Source of the DNA: Methanothermus fervidus DSM 2088
GTDB lineage: Archaea; Methanobacteriota; Methanobacteria; DSM-2088; Methanothermaceae
Direction of reading: 5' to 3'
Assembly (NCBI GenBank): GCA_000166095.1
Contig: CP002278.1
Coordinates: 240,001 to 272,000, forward strand
Length of the DNA: 32,000 nucleotides
The position numbers were made by a program, and so were the translations under genes. Shown here one piece after another: positions 1 through 9,635 of this stretch (position 1 is the first letter of the stretch; every line of letters starts with the position of its first letter). The notes beneath the pieces are model-generated. The model made no database searches. It saw only the letters and a program-made list of their open reading frames with translations, and was not told where the DNA came from.

Positions 1-1
1 A

Positions 2-367
2 ATTCAAGAAAATATACAAGATTACAAAAATAATTTTACAAGATTTATAGTGGTAGCTAAAAGGGATCATGAGTTTACAGGGGATGATAAAACATCGATA
101 GTTTTTTCACTTGAAGATAAACCAGGACGACTTTATGAAGTTTTAAAAGAATTTGCGAAAAGAAATATAAATTTAACAAAAATAGAATCCAGACCTTTAA
201 AGTTAGGGCTCGGAAGATACATTTTTTTCTTAGATTTTGAAGGTCATAGAAAAGAAAATAAAATTGTCGACGTATTAGACGCTGTATCCAAAAAAACGCA
301 TTTTATGAAAATATTAGGCTCATATCCTATTTCAAAAATTTATGAATCTAATTCTTTGAAGAAATAA
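2..367 (+). CDS. pheA: Prephenate dehydratase C-terminal part (ACT domain), 5' truncated by window edge
   Basis: The frame is open upstream of the listed GTG and reads IQENIQDYKNNFTRFIVVAKRDHEF, a typical PheA segment, followed by an ACT domain (TSIVFSLEDKPGRLYEVLKEFAKRNINLTKIESRP). Confidence 0.85.
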   Translation: MQENIQDYKNNFTRFIVVAKRDHEFTGDDKTSIVFSLEDKPGRLYEVLKEFAKRNINLTKIESRPLKLGLGRYIFFLDFEGHRKENKIVDVLDAVSKKTHFMKILGSYPISKIYESNSLKK

Positions 368-392
368 ATGTTATGCAAAATTCAAAATCGAA

Positions 393-406
393 AAGTATAT
401 ACATAG
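393..406 (+). promoter_or_regulatory. Candidate BRE/TATA (cgaaaagtatatac) upstream of the DUF364-like operon
   Basis: TATA-like element centred about 27 nt upstream of the ATG at 429; no Shine-Dalgarno precedes that ATG. Confidence 0.4.
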
Positions 407-428
407 CAACTCGTATGAATAAAATATC

Positions 429-1166
429 ATGATGAAAATAATTGAAGAGTTAATAAGGATAACCAAAAAATATCCTGTGGAAGATGTTCGAGTTGGAGTC
501 TCTTGGACTGCTGTATTGAGTAAATATTGCGGAGTTGCAAACACTTTTAGCATGTTTAATATACATGGAAATTACACAAAAGATTGGGGTAAATTAACAG
601 AAAAAGATACGAGAGAATTGGCAGAATACGTTAAATCTTGGAATTTAATTGAAGCTAGCATTGGAGTTGCAGCTATAAACTCTACTATAAAACCCAAAGG
701 TAAGAAAAACATAAACATGTTAGAGTTGTTACCAGAAATTTCAAAAAATAAAAAAGTGACTATGATTGGTAGATTTCCAAAAGTTGATGCAATTAAAGAA
801 GTTTCAAAAGAGTTTTGGATTTTAGAAATAAATCCTTTTTTAGTGAACCCTAAGCATAATATTTTTCCTGAATTTGCTGCAGAACAATTAATTCCAAAAA
901 GTGATGTACTCATTATTACATCTTCAACTATAATCAACAAAACTATTGATAGGTATTTAAAACTTGTAAATGAAGATAGCTATGTAGTACTTATGGGACC
1001 AACAACACCACTTCATAAAACATTATTTGATTATGGAATTGACATTCTTGCAGGACTTGAAGTGTTAAAACCTAAGGCAATATTAGAAAAAATAAGCCAA
1101 AGTGCTGGCATGATAAGCAGTAGAGTTTGTGAAGGTGAAGTTAGGTATAGGGTTTTGGAAAAATGA
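429..1166 (+). CDS. DUF364-family protein (putative heavy-metal chelation / Rossmann-like)
   Basis: 245 aa; ends with the DUF364-like block VVLMGPTTPLHKTLFDYGIDILAGLEVLKPKAILEKISQSAGM; preceded by a SDVLIITSSTIINKT motif. Confidence 0.7.
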   Translation: MMKIIEELIRITKKYPVEDVRVGVSWTAVLSKYCGVANTFSMFNIHGNYTKDWGKLTEKDTRELAEYVKSWNLIEASIGVAAINSTIKPKGKKNINMLELLPEISKNKKVTMIGRFPKVDAIKEVSKEFWILEINPFLVNPKHNIFPEFAAEQLIPKSDVLIITSSTIINKTIDRYLKLVNEDSYVVLMGPTTPLHKTLFDYGIDILAGLEVLKPKAILEKISQSAGMISSRVCEGEVRYRVLEK

Positions 1167-1870
1167 AGATAAAAGAAAAAATAAAAAAATATTTGAAAAG
1201 TTTTACTAAAGATTTGTTAGATGAAGAAATAGAGATTAAGGTTGCTAATCCTAATTTAGATACTAAAAAAATAAAAGATTATCCACTGGTTAAAGGAAAA
1301 GAAATACTTTTGAGAGCGAATTTCAAAGGAAATTTTGGTGATTGCTTTACAAATTCACCAACAGTGTTTAAAGGTAAAATAAAAGATATATTAAAACATG
1401 AAAATATATCATGTCAAATTGCATGTTTAAACGCTGTTATGAGATACTATGGAATTATAGAAAATACTAGGCATTGTACTTCAAATTATCCTGAAAAATG
1501 TGCCAAAAAATTTGTAGAATATGTAAAAGATAATTTTTCTCCTGAAAAAGTTGGCATTATAGGATTTCAACCTGCTTTTGTAAGAGAATTTTCTAATGAA
1601 TTTGATAAAATATTCGTAACTGATTTAAATCCTGAAAATGTTGGAAGTGTGAAATATGGAATAAAAGTTTTAGATGCTAAATACAACCCAGAAATTATAA
1701 AATGTTGCGATGTCGTGCTCATAACAGGGTCTACTATCGCAAATAATACATTTAACAAGATATATGAAAAATGTAAAAAATACAAAACCAATTATATATT
1801 TTATGGTACTACAATAGCAGGAATAGCACATCTATTAAAATTAGATAGATTTTGCCCATTCAGCGATTAA
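1163..1870 (+). CDS. Second, divergent DUF364-like protein
   Basis: 235 aa; KVGIIGFQPAFVREFSN...DVVLITGSTIANNT parallels the upstream gene; the start ATG overlaps the preceding stop (ATGA). Confidence 0.6.
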   Translation: MKIKEKIKKYLKSFTKDLLDEEIEIKVANPNLDTKKIKDYPLVKGKEILLRANFKGNFGDCFTNSPTVFKGKIKDILKHENISCQIACLNAVMRYYGIIENTRHCTSNYPEKCAKKFVEYVKDNFSPEKVGIIGFQPAFVREFSNEFDKIFVTDLNPENVGSVKYGIKVLDAKYNPEIIKCCDVVLITGSTIANNTFNKIYEKCKKYKTNYIFYGTTIAGIAHLLKLDRFCPFSD

Positions 1871-1904
1871 TTTATATTAATAGTTGGTTTTTAAAGTTAA
1901 ATGT

Positions 1905-2879
1905 ATGGAACTAATTACAATAATTGCAATATTTGTAAGTCTTTATATGGCATTTACAATTTCAGCTAATGATATCGGAAATTCGGTGGGTACGGTAGTT
2001 GGTAGTGGTGCTATCAATATTAAAAGGGCATTGGTTTTAAATTCTATTTTTGCGTTTTTAGGTGCTATATTTTTGAGTAAAGCCGTTACTGAAACCATAG
2101 GAAAAGGAATAATACCTGCTGGCATGCTTGACATTAAAGGTGCTTCTATCATTACCTTTACTACAGGACTTTGGATAACATTTACTTTGTGGAAAAAAAT
2201 TCCAATTTCAGGTTCTGAAGCAATTATTGGGGCAGTAACCGGTTTTGGCGTTGCAAGTATTGGTATAGATAAATTAAATTTACAAACATTGTGGGTAATT
2301 ATGTTAAGTTGGATTGTTTCTCCACTAATTGGCTTGGTTACTGGATACTTGACTTACAGAGCTCTTAACACTGTAATATTTACAAAAACTACAATGAAAA
2401 AAAGAAGTAGAATAGAAAAGATATTTAAATATCTTTTAATATTAACTTCTTGTGCTACAGCTCTAAGTATTGGTGCAATTGATATTTCAATTGCTACTAG
2501 TGTTTTATACATAACATTTGGACAAGCTGGATTAGAAATAAAAATAATTGGCGCCATTATGCTCATAGTAGGTATATTAATAGCAGGTAACAGAGTTAGT
2601 GACACAATTGGTAGACGAATAACAGAATTGGTACCAAGTAGATCATTTTCAGCCCAAATTTCAGCGGCTATTATATATGCACTTTTTGTGTATAATGGGA
2701 TCCCAATATCGCCTACTCAGACACTTGTAGGATCCATCATTGGTGTAGGATTAGCATATGGAGTTTCAAGTGTTAAAATCGACGTTGTTAAAGATGTAAT
2801 ACATATCTGGCTCTTAACAATTCCTTGTTGTTTTACTTTAGCCATGGTTCTTAAGACAATTTCTACTCTTCTAATGTAG
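1905..2879 (+). CDS. pitA: PiT-family inorganic phosphate (or metal-phosphate) permease
   Basis: Multi-TM protein with ANDIGNSVGTVVGSGAI and the repeated PISPTQTLVGSIIGVG motif; ORF track starts at a TTG at 1884, the in-frame ATG at 1905 is more likely. Confidence 0.85.
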   Translation: MELITIIAIFVSLYMAFTISANDIGNSVGTVVGSGAINIKRALVLNSIFAFLGAIFLSKAVTETIGKGIIPAGMLDIKGASIITFTTGLWITFTLWKKIPISGSEAIIGAVTGFGVASIGIDKLNLQTLWVIMLSWIVSPLIGLVTGYLTYRALNTVIFTKTTMKKRSRIEKIFKYLLILTSCATALSIGAIDISIATSVLYITFGQAGLEIKIIGAIMLIVGILIAGNRVSDTIGRRITELVPSRSFSAQISAAIIYALFVYNGIPISPTQTLVGSIIGVGLAYGVSSVKIDVVKDVIHIWLLTIPCCFTLAMVLKTISTLLM

Positions 2880-3270
2880 ATCTCAGTGCCCTTATTATGT
2901 CACCATCAGATATTATACCTTTAATTTCATCATTCTCTTTTACAACAAGTTGGTTAATTATTTCGTCCTTATCACCATGTTCATACATTTTTTTAACAAC
3001 ATCAGCTAAAGTATCGTTAGGACTTACGCAAACAACATCTTTAACCATTATTTCCTTAACTTTTGTACCTAATTTGTACTTATCTAAGATCAAATTATGG
3101 CCGAGATCTGTTGCTGTTACTATACCTAACAATTTGCCTTTTTTTACTACAGGTAAAGCACTTATTTTATTTTTCATTAATTTTTCAAAAGCAAAAACAA
3201 CGTCTTCTTCGGGATCCACAGTTATAACATTTTTTGTCATCACATCTTTAACCTTTATATTTTCCCACAT
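2863..3270 (-). CDS. CBS-domain pair protein
   Basis: Two CBS motifs: [36 protein letters not shown] and [25 protein letters not shown]. Confidence 0.9.
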
Positions 3271-4162
3271 CTTTATGCACCAAATCTTCTGTTAAGGACT
3301 TGACAATCGAGTCAATAGTTGTAACTACATCAATATTTTCAATTATTGGGATATTATGTTTTCTTGCTTGCATTTCAATATAATCATGTATGCGTCTTAT
3401 AGCCCAGAAGTATTTTAAATATCTCTCTAAAGGTCTTCTTGCCCATTTTTGTCTGCAACGAGAATAAAATCTGCTTCTATGCATTTTTTCATCAGGAACT
3501 GTCAATACAAACATCGCTACATTATTTTTATTAATTAGTTCTTCCCTTATAAATCCAGGAACAAGGTGGGCACCTTCTATGACTATACTTATACCTTCGG
3601 TAAGTGCTCTTTCAATTACAGCTTCAATGCCGACGGTCACCACGTTTACATGGTCTCTAAAGCCAACTAAAACTTCATCAAACTCTACAGGTGCAGGTGT
3701 CCTTAAAGATTTATAAGCTGTAAAAGTAGATTCATGAAGAGAAGGTATTAATTCTTTAGATATCATCTTTCTCATGACTTCTCGTATCATGTCGGTGCTG
3801 ATCATGTTTCTTATTCCTAATCTATTTGCAACTTCGAATGCTATTGATGATGTTCCAACACCAGAAGCTCCTGCAATCAATAAAATTAAAGGTTCCTTAT
3901 ATTCTCTTATTTTTCTCCATCTTATATATTTTTCAGCTATTTTTTCATCTTTTTCCTTTAATTTATTGTATACAATTTTTACTAATTCATCAATAGTTAC
4001 AATTTTCTTTTTTTCTTTTTTAAGATAAGACTCTACTTCTGCTGCAAGGAGGTAAGCATCTGTAGGATCCATCCCTGATCTCGTCAGTGATCTAGCCAAT
4101 ACACCCTTTGAAAATGGTTCTCTGTATTTTTTTCCAGCTACTTTTCCTTCCACTAGAATCAT
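3248..4162 (-). CDS. pgk2: 2-phosphoglycerate kinase (cyclic 2,3-diphosphoglycerate pathway) with N-terminal ATP-cone
   Basis: N-terminal ATP-cone-like segment ([30 protein letters not shown]), then P-loop [23 protein letters not shown]; SD aggtgat upstream. Confidence 0.85.
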
Positions 4163-4168
4163 TATTTA

Positions 4169-4807
4169 TCACCTAATTTTGATCCATTTACAGTTTACTT
4201 CTCCATCTAAATCTATAACTGCAACCTTGCCTTCGAAAGCAGGGCCTGTGTTGATTATTGTTGTGTTTCCTAGTTGGTCAATACCTCTAGCTTCATGTAT
4301 ATGAGCACATATATTAACTTTAGGTTGGTACTCTTCTATTATTTTTCTTATAGATTTACTACCAACGTTATCACCACTTTGTATTTGATCAACTTTTGTG
4401 TTGTAAGGAGGCGCATGTGTAACAAGAATTGTCGTATCCTTTGAAATAATATTTTTTAAGCTATTGTATATTTCCTTCTCTTGAAATTCAAAAGGCGTGT
4501 CAAAAGGCGTTGGATTTGATCCTCCAAATCCACATATTTTTATACCTTTAATTTCTATAGCGTTGTTGTGAATATTGATTGTACCAGACTTTTCTATGAT
4601 ATCCACAGTTTCTGGTAAGTCACAGTTACCTGGCAATGCTAGCACAGGAACATTGTAACTTGTTAACTTGTTTAATATTTTTTCTGCTAACTCTACTGGT
4701 CCAAAATCAGTTATGTCTCCAGAAACTATTATGAGATCTATTTCTTCATTTAAATTATTTAATTCTAATAATTTTCCGTGAAGGTCACTAATTCCAAGAA
4801 TTTTCAT
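4169..4807 (-). CDS. Metallophosphoesterase (calcineurin-like)
   Basis: MKILGISDLHGKL..DLIIVSGDITDFG..VPVLALPGNCD..THAPPYNTKVD..HIHE motifs. Confidence 0.9.
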   Translation of the reverse strand: MKILGISDLHGKLLELNNLNEEIDLIIVSGDITDFGPVELAEKILNKLTSYNVPVLALPGNCDLPETVDIIEKSGTINIHNNAIEIKGIKICGFGGSNPTPFDTPFEFQEKEIYNSLKNIISKDTTILVTHAPPYNTKVDQIQSGDNVGSKSIRKIIEEYQPKVNICAHIHEARGIDQLGNTTIINTGPAFEGKVAVIDLDGEVNCKWIKIR

Positions 4808-4809
4808 AT

Positions 4810-5337
4810 TTATTCCCCAAAGAATGTTGCTATTTCTTTTAAACTTCTTTTAATATCTTCAGCTTCACCATATAAAACAATTATATTATCTTCTTCAAAT
4901 TCTATTATCAAACCATGGTATTCCGCAATTTCCTGTATTCTATCTTCTGATATTGCCGTGTTTAAATTTACCCTTGTAACCATCATGTCCCTAGGAGCCC
5001 CTGTTATAAATCTAGATTTAATATTAGGAGGTCTATACACCTTTTCGCCTCTTATGACTTTTTTAAATTCCTCTTTCCACTTATTGCGATATTCTTTACT
5101 TATGTCCCCTGCAAAATCTAATAAAACTTCTTGTAGATAATTTAAAGATTCATTTATATTCTTTAATTCCTTAACAATTTTTGGATCGTTAGGACTAGAT
5201 TTATATAGATTAATTAGAAATTTTGTATCTCTCATCTCCTTATTTATGGATTTTGGAAGATCTTTACCTCTTTTTTTTAAATCTGCATGTAATTTAAGAA
5301 TTGTGAACCATATTTGTTCTAATATATCAGCTTTCAT
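4810..5337 (-). CDS. Conserved methanogen protein, DUF2096-like
   Basis: 175 aa, co-oriented and tightly packed with neighbours; family label from memory of methanogen conserved proteins. Confidence 0.55.
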   Translation of the reverse strand: MKADILEQIWFTILKLHADLKKRGKDLPKSINKEMRDTKFLINLYKSSPNDPKIVKELKNINESLNYLQEVLLDFAGDISKEYRNKWKEEFKKVIRGEKVYRPPNIKSRFITGAPRDMMVTRVNLNTAISEDRIQEIAEYHGLIIEFEEDNIIVLYGEAEDIKRSLKEIATFFGE

Positions 5338-5603
5338 AGATGTCCTTCCAAAATATTTGATGAAATGTGATTCAATTTTGCACCTATTTCTTTTAACTCT
5401 TCTTTAATTTCATCTATATTGTTGTAAGATTCCAAAAACAAAACATGATAACATTTGGTGCCTGCAATATTGACTATAGCAATTTTCTCATTTTTTTTAA
5501 TTTTATTCTTTTTCTCTAAAGCTGCTTTTAACTCTACAAATTTTATATATTCATCAGGTATTTCATCATATTTAAATACTCCCAGTAAGGTGGCTGTAAA
5601 CAT
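5334..5603 (-). CDS. Small conserved methanogen protein, DUF749-like
   Basis: 89 aa; strong SD (ttgggggaaatt) upstream; overlaps the next gene by 4 nt. Confidence 0.5.
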   Translation of the reverse strand: MFTATLLGVFKYDEIPDEYIKFVELKAALEKKNKIKKNEKIAIVNIAGTKCYHVLFLESYNNIDEIKEELKEIGAKLNHISSNILEGHL

Positions 5604-5744
5604 TTAATTTCCCCCAAAACATTTTTTTAATATATTTTTAAATATATCTTTTTTTTAAACAAAATTTTATGTTTCGAAAATTTTTTAGTGTAGGAATAAT
5701 TTACATAATATTTTAAAAGGAAAAATAATTGAGGGTTTAAAAAT

Positions 5745-6200
5745 ATGAAAATATTTAGCAAGGCATTTAAAAATGGTGAGAAAATCCCTAAAAAATATAC
5801 TTGTGATGGACAGGACATTTCACCACCTATCAAATGGGAAGATATACCAGAAAACACTAAAACTTTGGTTTTAATTTGTGAAGATCCAGATGCTCCAGGA
5901 AAAACTTGGGTACATTGGGTATTATTTAATATACCTCCTGAAATTGAAGAACTTCCAGAAGGCGTTGAAAATAAGGAAAAACTTGAAAATGGAGCTATAC
6001 ATGGAGTAAATGATTGGGGAAGACTTGGATATGGAGGTCCTTGCCCACCATCAGGTACACATCGATATTACTTTAGATTATATGCATTAGATACTGAACT
6101 CAAATTAGAACCAGGTGCAAAAAAAGAAGAAGTAGTAGAAGCCATGAAAGATCATATAATTGATCAGGCAGAGCTAATGGGAACCTATTCTAGGGAATAA
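5745..6200 (+). CDS. YbhB/YbcL-family (PEBP, Raf-kinase-inhibitor-like) protein
   Basis: YTCDGQDISPPIKWEDIPENTKTLVLICEDPDAPGKTWVHWVLFNIPP and GPCPPSGTHRYYFRLYALD. Confidence 0.93.
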   Translation: MKIFSKAFKNGEKIPKKYTCDGQDISPPIKWEDIPENTKTLVLICEDPDAPGKTWVHWVLFNIPPEIEELPEGVENKEKLENGAIHGVNDWGRLGYGGPCPPSGTHRYYFRLYALDTELKLEPGAKKEEVVEAMKDHIIDQAELMGTYSRE

Positions 6201-6212
6201 TTTTAGTATTAT

Positions 6213-7349
6213 TTAAAATACATCATCAACAAACTTCTCTAGTGAATGTTTTTTTGTAAATTCTTTTTTCTTTTCTAAACCTCTTTTTGGTTTTTCTTCA
6301 CTAAACATGTATGGAGACTTCACACCAGACACTATAATAGTAGTTCTTATTGTATTCTGTAATTCTTCCTCAATTTGTACGCCCCATATTATATTAGCCT
6401 CTGGATCTAATTCATCTGCTACTACTTGTACAATCCTTTCAGCTTCTTGTAATGATAAATCTGAGCTACCAGTAATATTAATTAATGCTCCTTTAGCGTT
6501 TGATATATCTAAATCAAGTAATGGACTGTTTAATGCTTCATGAACAGATTCTAATGCTTTATCTTCACCAGATTCAGACTCACCCATTCCAATCATTGCC
6601 ATTCCAGAACCTTGCATAACACTTTTTATATCAGCAAAATCTAAACTTATGAGACCTGGCTTAGTTATTAGTTCAGTTATTCCTTTTACAGCTCTACTTA
6701 ATATTTCATCAGCTACCATAAAGGCTTTGTTAATTGGTAAATTAGGTGCTACTTCCAATAATTTGTCGTTTGGAACCACAATAACAGTGTCAGCAGAATT
6801 TCTTAATTTTTTAAGACCTTCTTCGGCATTTTTTCTCCTGATAACTCCTTCTGCACTAAATGGCAATGTCACTACAGCAATTGTCAATGCTCCACATTTC
6901 TTTGCTATTTTGGATATTACGGGAGCTGAACCTGTTCCAGTTCCTCCACCTAACCCACAAGTCACAAATACCATATCTGCATTTTCAAGTTCTCTTGCTA
7001 TTTCATCTTCACTTTCTTCTGCACATTCTTCACCTAGTTCAGGAATTCCACCAGTTCCTAAACCTCTACAAAGATTTTTACCAATTAAAATTTTCTTGTC
7101 AGCGACACTATAATATAGATCTTGGGCATCAGTGTTAACAGCAATGGTTTTTGCACCTTCAATACCTATTTTTGTTAGTCTGGAAACAGTATTATTTCCA
7201 GCTCCACCTGTACCAACAACATATATCCTTGATCTACTCTCTTCCATTATTTTTTTAAGTTCCTCATCTATAGAATTTTCACTTCTGATGTTAGGCTTCC
7301 CAATATCTTCTTTTTTTGCATTTTTTAATGCATCTTCAATAAGTTTCAC
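6213..7349 (-). CDS. ftsZ: Cell division protein FtsZ
   Basis: Tubulin signature [19 protein letters not shown]; [15 protein letters not shown]; GTG start with SD ggag. Confidence 0.97.
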   Translation of the reverse strand: MKLIEDALKNAKKEDIGKPNIRSENSIDEELKKIMEESRSRIYVVGTGGAGNNTVSRLTKIGIEGAKTIAVNTDAQDLYYSVADKKILIGKNLCRGLGTGGIPELGEECAEESEDEIARELENADMVFVTCGLGGGTGTGSAPVISKIAKKCGALTIAVVTLPFSAEGVIRRKNAEEGLKKLRNSADTVIVVPNDKLLEVAPNLPINKAFMVADEILSRAVKGITELITKPGLISLDFADIKSVMQGSGMAMIGMGESESGEDKALESVHEALNSPLLDLDISNAKGALINITGSSDLSLQEAERIVQVVADELDPEANIIWGVQIEEELQNTIRTTIIVSGVKSPYMFSEEKPKRGLEKKKEFTKKHSLEKFVDDVF

Positions 7350-7370
7350 ATTTCTCCCTCACAAATAATA

Positions 7371-7384
7371 ATGATATATATCAT
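7371..7384. promoter_or_regulatory. 14-bp perfect palindrome ATGATATATATCAT in ftsZ upstream region
   Basis: Seen directly; lies about 26 bp downstream of a TATA-like aaaatatatt (minus strand, 7401-7410), i.e. at the expected transcription start. Confidence 0.35.
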
Positions 7385-7420
7385 AAGTAAGTTGAGAGGT
7401 AATATATTTTTTACTTATCT

Positions 7421-7984
7421 TTAGGGTCTTGGCATTGCAATTATTTCATGTATCCTTAAATCAAAAACATTGTTCATGTGGGCTGGTGTCAGCACAAGAG
7501 ATGTATCTGCACCTCTCCCTGTTCCCCCAATTGCAACTATTTCTCTATCTACAGGGATTAATCCGGCGTCAGCAGCCATAATACTTATTTCCACACAAAC
7601 TTTAAATCCCTGTGAAATCATTCGAAGCGTTTCTGCCATTAATTCAACAGGAGTAATTCCACCAAATTTATTTGATATTCCTCTACCTACACCACTTAGT
7701 GCATGTGATGCTGTATATACTTTAACACCCATCTTTTTTAATTTATTTGCATATTTAGGATTTATTTCTAATTTTCCTTTTTCTGAAAATCCTGCATGAT
7801 GTGTTATACTAACTATACTTACATCTTTAATCTTTTTTGCTACCTTTAATGCAGTTTTTCCACTAATTGATGCAACTACTATATCTTTAATATTTAACTC
7901 TTCGACCCTCTTTTTTACCAAATCTATGAGCTTATCCGTGTTCTTTTCTCCAGGTTCATCGAAATAATAAATATCTTTTTTCAT
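7421..7984 (-). CDS. Stand-alone pyruvate kinase alpha/beta (PK_C)-like domain protein
   Basis: [35 protein letters not shown] resembles the PK C-terminal domain. ORF track starts at a TTG at 7999; the ATG at 7984 has a good SD (aggtgg). Confidence 0.65.
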   Translation of the reverse strand: MKKDIYYFDEPGEKNTDKLIDLVKKRVEELNIKDIVVASISGKTALKVAKKIKDVSIVSITHHAGFSEKGKLEINPKYANKLKKMGVKVYTASHALSGVGRGISNKFGGITPVELMAETLRMISQGFKVCVEISIMAADAGLIPVDREIVAIGGTGRGADTSLVLTPAHMNNVFDLRIHEIIAMPRP

Positions 7985-8011
7985 TGTTTCCACCTTCAAA
8001 AAAGAAAAAAA

Positions 8012-8977
8012 CTAGTCAATTCCAAATGACTTTAAAAGCAATTCTTCGTTCACATATCCGGCTCTGAAAACTTCTCCTGTACGAAGATCATTAATAATAA
8101 CTTCTGCTGGTGCAAATATATTCTTATCAATTTTGTAAAAGTCAAACTCAGCTTCTTTGAATATCTCATAAAATGGTTTACCATATGAAGGAGAGGATGA
8201 TGAAGGCAATTCTTTTGCTAATTTCTCTAAATCATCGCCTTCATCAGAATAAATATAATAATAAGTTCTGCCACCAAACATTACAGCATCATTTGTTCTT
8301 CCCATTGCTTTCACACTATCTTTTGTTATAGGAGCTATTGGAGCTATACCTGCTGCATATTTTATTTTATTTACGTCAAAATCAAGAACTTCCAACATCT
8401 TATATGTTCCATTCTCCACCACTCTTCCTGAAATTTGAATTGACCCAACTAAAGAAGAAGTAGGAGCTACCAAAACATAAACATTTTCTGGGGATACTTT
8501 ACATTCTTTGGCAATTTCATCGACAACGTCAGTGTCAGGTAACTTATCAGATTCAAGGGCAAGTATAGCTACATCTGCATCGTCTTCATATTTAATTTTT
8601 TCATAGGTTTCTAATGGTTTTTTTGACAATGCGCGAGCGGGGCCAGACCCAAGGGCAGAGAAATCTCCAACATTTATAGACCACCCTGCCTTTTGGGAAC
8701 CTAAGGTTGATATTGCAGGGAAAGAAGTTTTAATTTTAACAGACGGTAATGCTAACTTTTTTGATAAATCGCCAGGTATTGAAATCCCAACATCTGCTAA
8801 TCCACCAAGACACACCTTAGTATATAATTCACCAGCTTTAAAACTACCTTCTGCATTAACTCCACAATCTAAAATTGTTGATCCATTATCTAATTTTTTC
8901 ACTTTTATTTTTAGTTCCTTGGATTTTTCTATCATCTCATCTACAATTTTTTTTGCCCTTAAATTAACGCTTACCAT
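8012..8977 (-). CDS. mch: Methenyltetrahydromethanopterin cyclohydrolase
   Basis: VCLGGLADVGISIPGDLSKKLALPSVKIKTSFPAISTLGSQKAGW and GRTNDAVMFGGRTYYY. Confidence 0.96.
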   Translation of the reverse strand: MVSVNLRAKKIVDEMIEKSKELKIKVKKLDNGSTILDCGVNAEGSFKAGELYTKVCLGGLADVGISIPGDLSKKLALPSVKIKTSFPAISTLGSQKAGWSINVGDFSALGSGPARALSKKPLETYEKIKYEDDADVAILALESDKLPDTDVVDEIAKECKVSPENVYVLVAPTSSLVGSIQISGRVVENGTYKMLEVLDFDVNKIKYAAGIAPIAPITKDSVKAMGRTNDAVMFGGRTYYYIYSDEGDDLEKLAKELPSSSSPSYGKPFYEIFKEAEFDFYKIDKNIFAPAEVIINDLRTGEVFRAGYVNEELLLKSFGID

Positions 8978-9635
8978 TTTTTCTCACCTTTTCTGCATCA
9001 TCAAAACAATACTCATAAATGTGTGCAGAAATACTATGAATTGCTAATGGTCCAACTTTAATATTTAATTTATCAGATATATATTTCGCCAAGATAGCCA
9101 GTGCAGCGGCGTTAGGCAACCATGCTTGGTAAATATCATGACTTCTCCAGATACCTGTTGTATGTAGCTTGTTATTTCTTATTTTAAAATCAATTGAAAT
9201 CATACAAGGAACTTCCTCATTTTTAAAATCTATCTTAGGATCCCATGTCACTGCAGTAGCTCTTCTACTTTTCTTACATTTTTTCAAACGTTTTATAATA
9301 GCTTTAATTTGATCTACAGAAAAATGGTCTCTTAACCTATTACCATAAGTATAAACAAATCCTTTTTTATCTTTTTTCAAAAATTGATCTGTGTATTTTG
9401 AAAGTTTATCACCTCTCCAATAATAATCTTTAGGTATACTCAATAAAATTTCTTTGTTTGTAGATATAGGGAAAGGATAATTCTTAATTGGGTATTTAAC
9501 TATCGTTAATATATTCAATAATTCCTTTGTAATTTGTCCACGTTCATCTTTAATTTTATGTCCTTTTTCCATAACAAGGCTGACAAGTTTCTCCCATGCA
9601 TCGCTTATATTTTTTGCCTTAATTAGATATGGCAT
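8964..9635 (-). CDS. thyA: Archaeal-type thymidylate synthase
   Basis: YTYGNRLRDHFSVDQI, RRATAVTWDPKIDF, VPCMISIDFKIRNNKLHTTGIWRSHDIYQAWLPNAAALA; adjacent to mch and metE-like as in Methanobacteriales. Confidence 0.85.
   Translation of the reverse strand: MPYLIKAKNISDAWEKLVSLVMEKGHKIKDERGQITKELLNILTIVKYPIKNYPFPISTNKEILLSIPKDYYWRGDKLSKYTDQFLKKDKKGFVYTYGNRLRDHFSVDQIKAIIKRLKKCKKSRRATAVTWDPKIDFKNEEVPCMISIDFKIRNNKLHTTGIWRSHDIYQAWLPNAAALAILAKYISDKLNIKVGPLAIHSISAHIYEYCFDDAEKVRKNGKR

Noticed and set aside
5627-5857. Small minus-strand ORF in the intergenic region and PEBP start
   Set aside because: Mostly antisense to the PEBP gene and AT-rich intergenic DNA; Phe/Lys/Tyr-rich, no family signal.
6649-7113. 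154-aa plus-strand ORF opposite ftsZ (also 6860-7138, 7132-7368)
   Set aside because: Antisense to conserved FtsZ GTPase domain; low-complexity Pro/Ser/Ala shadow frame.
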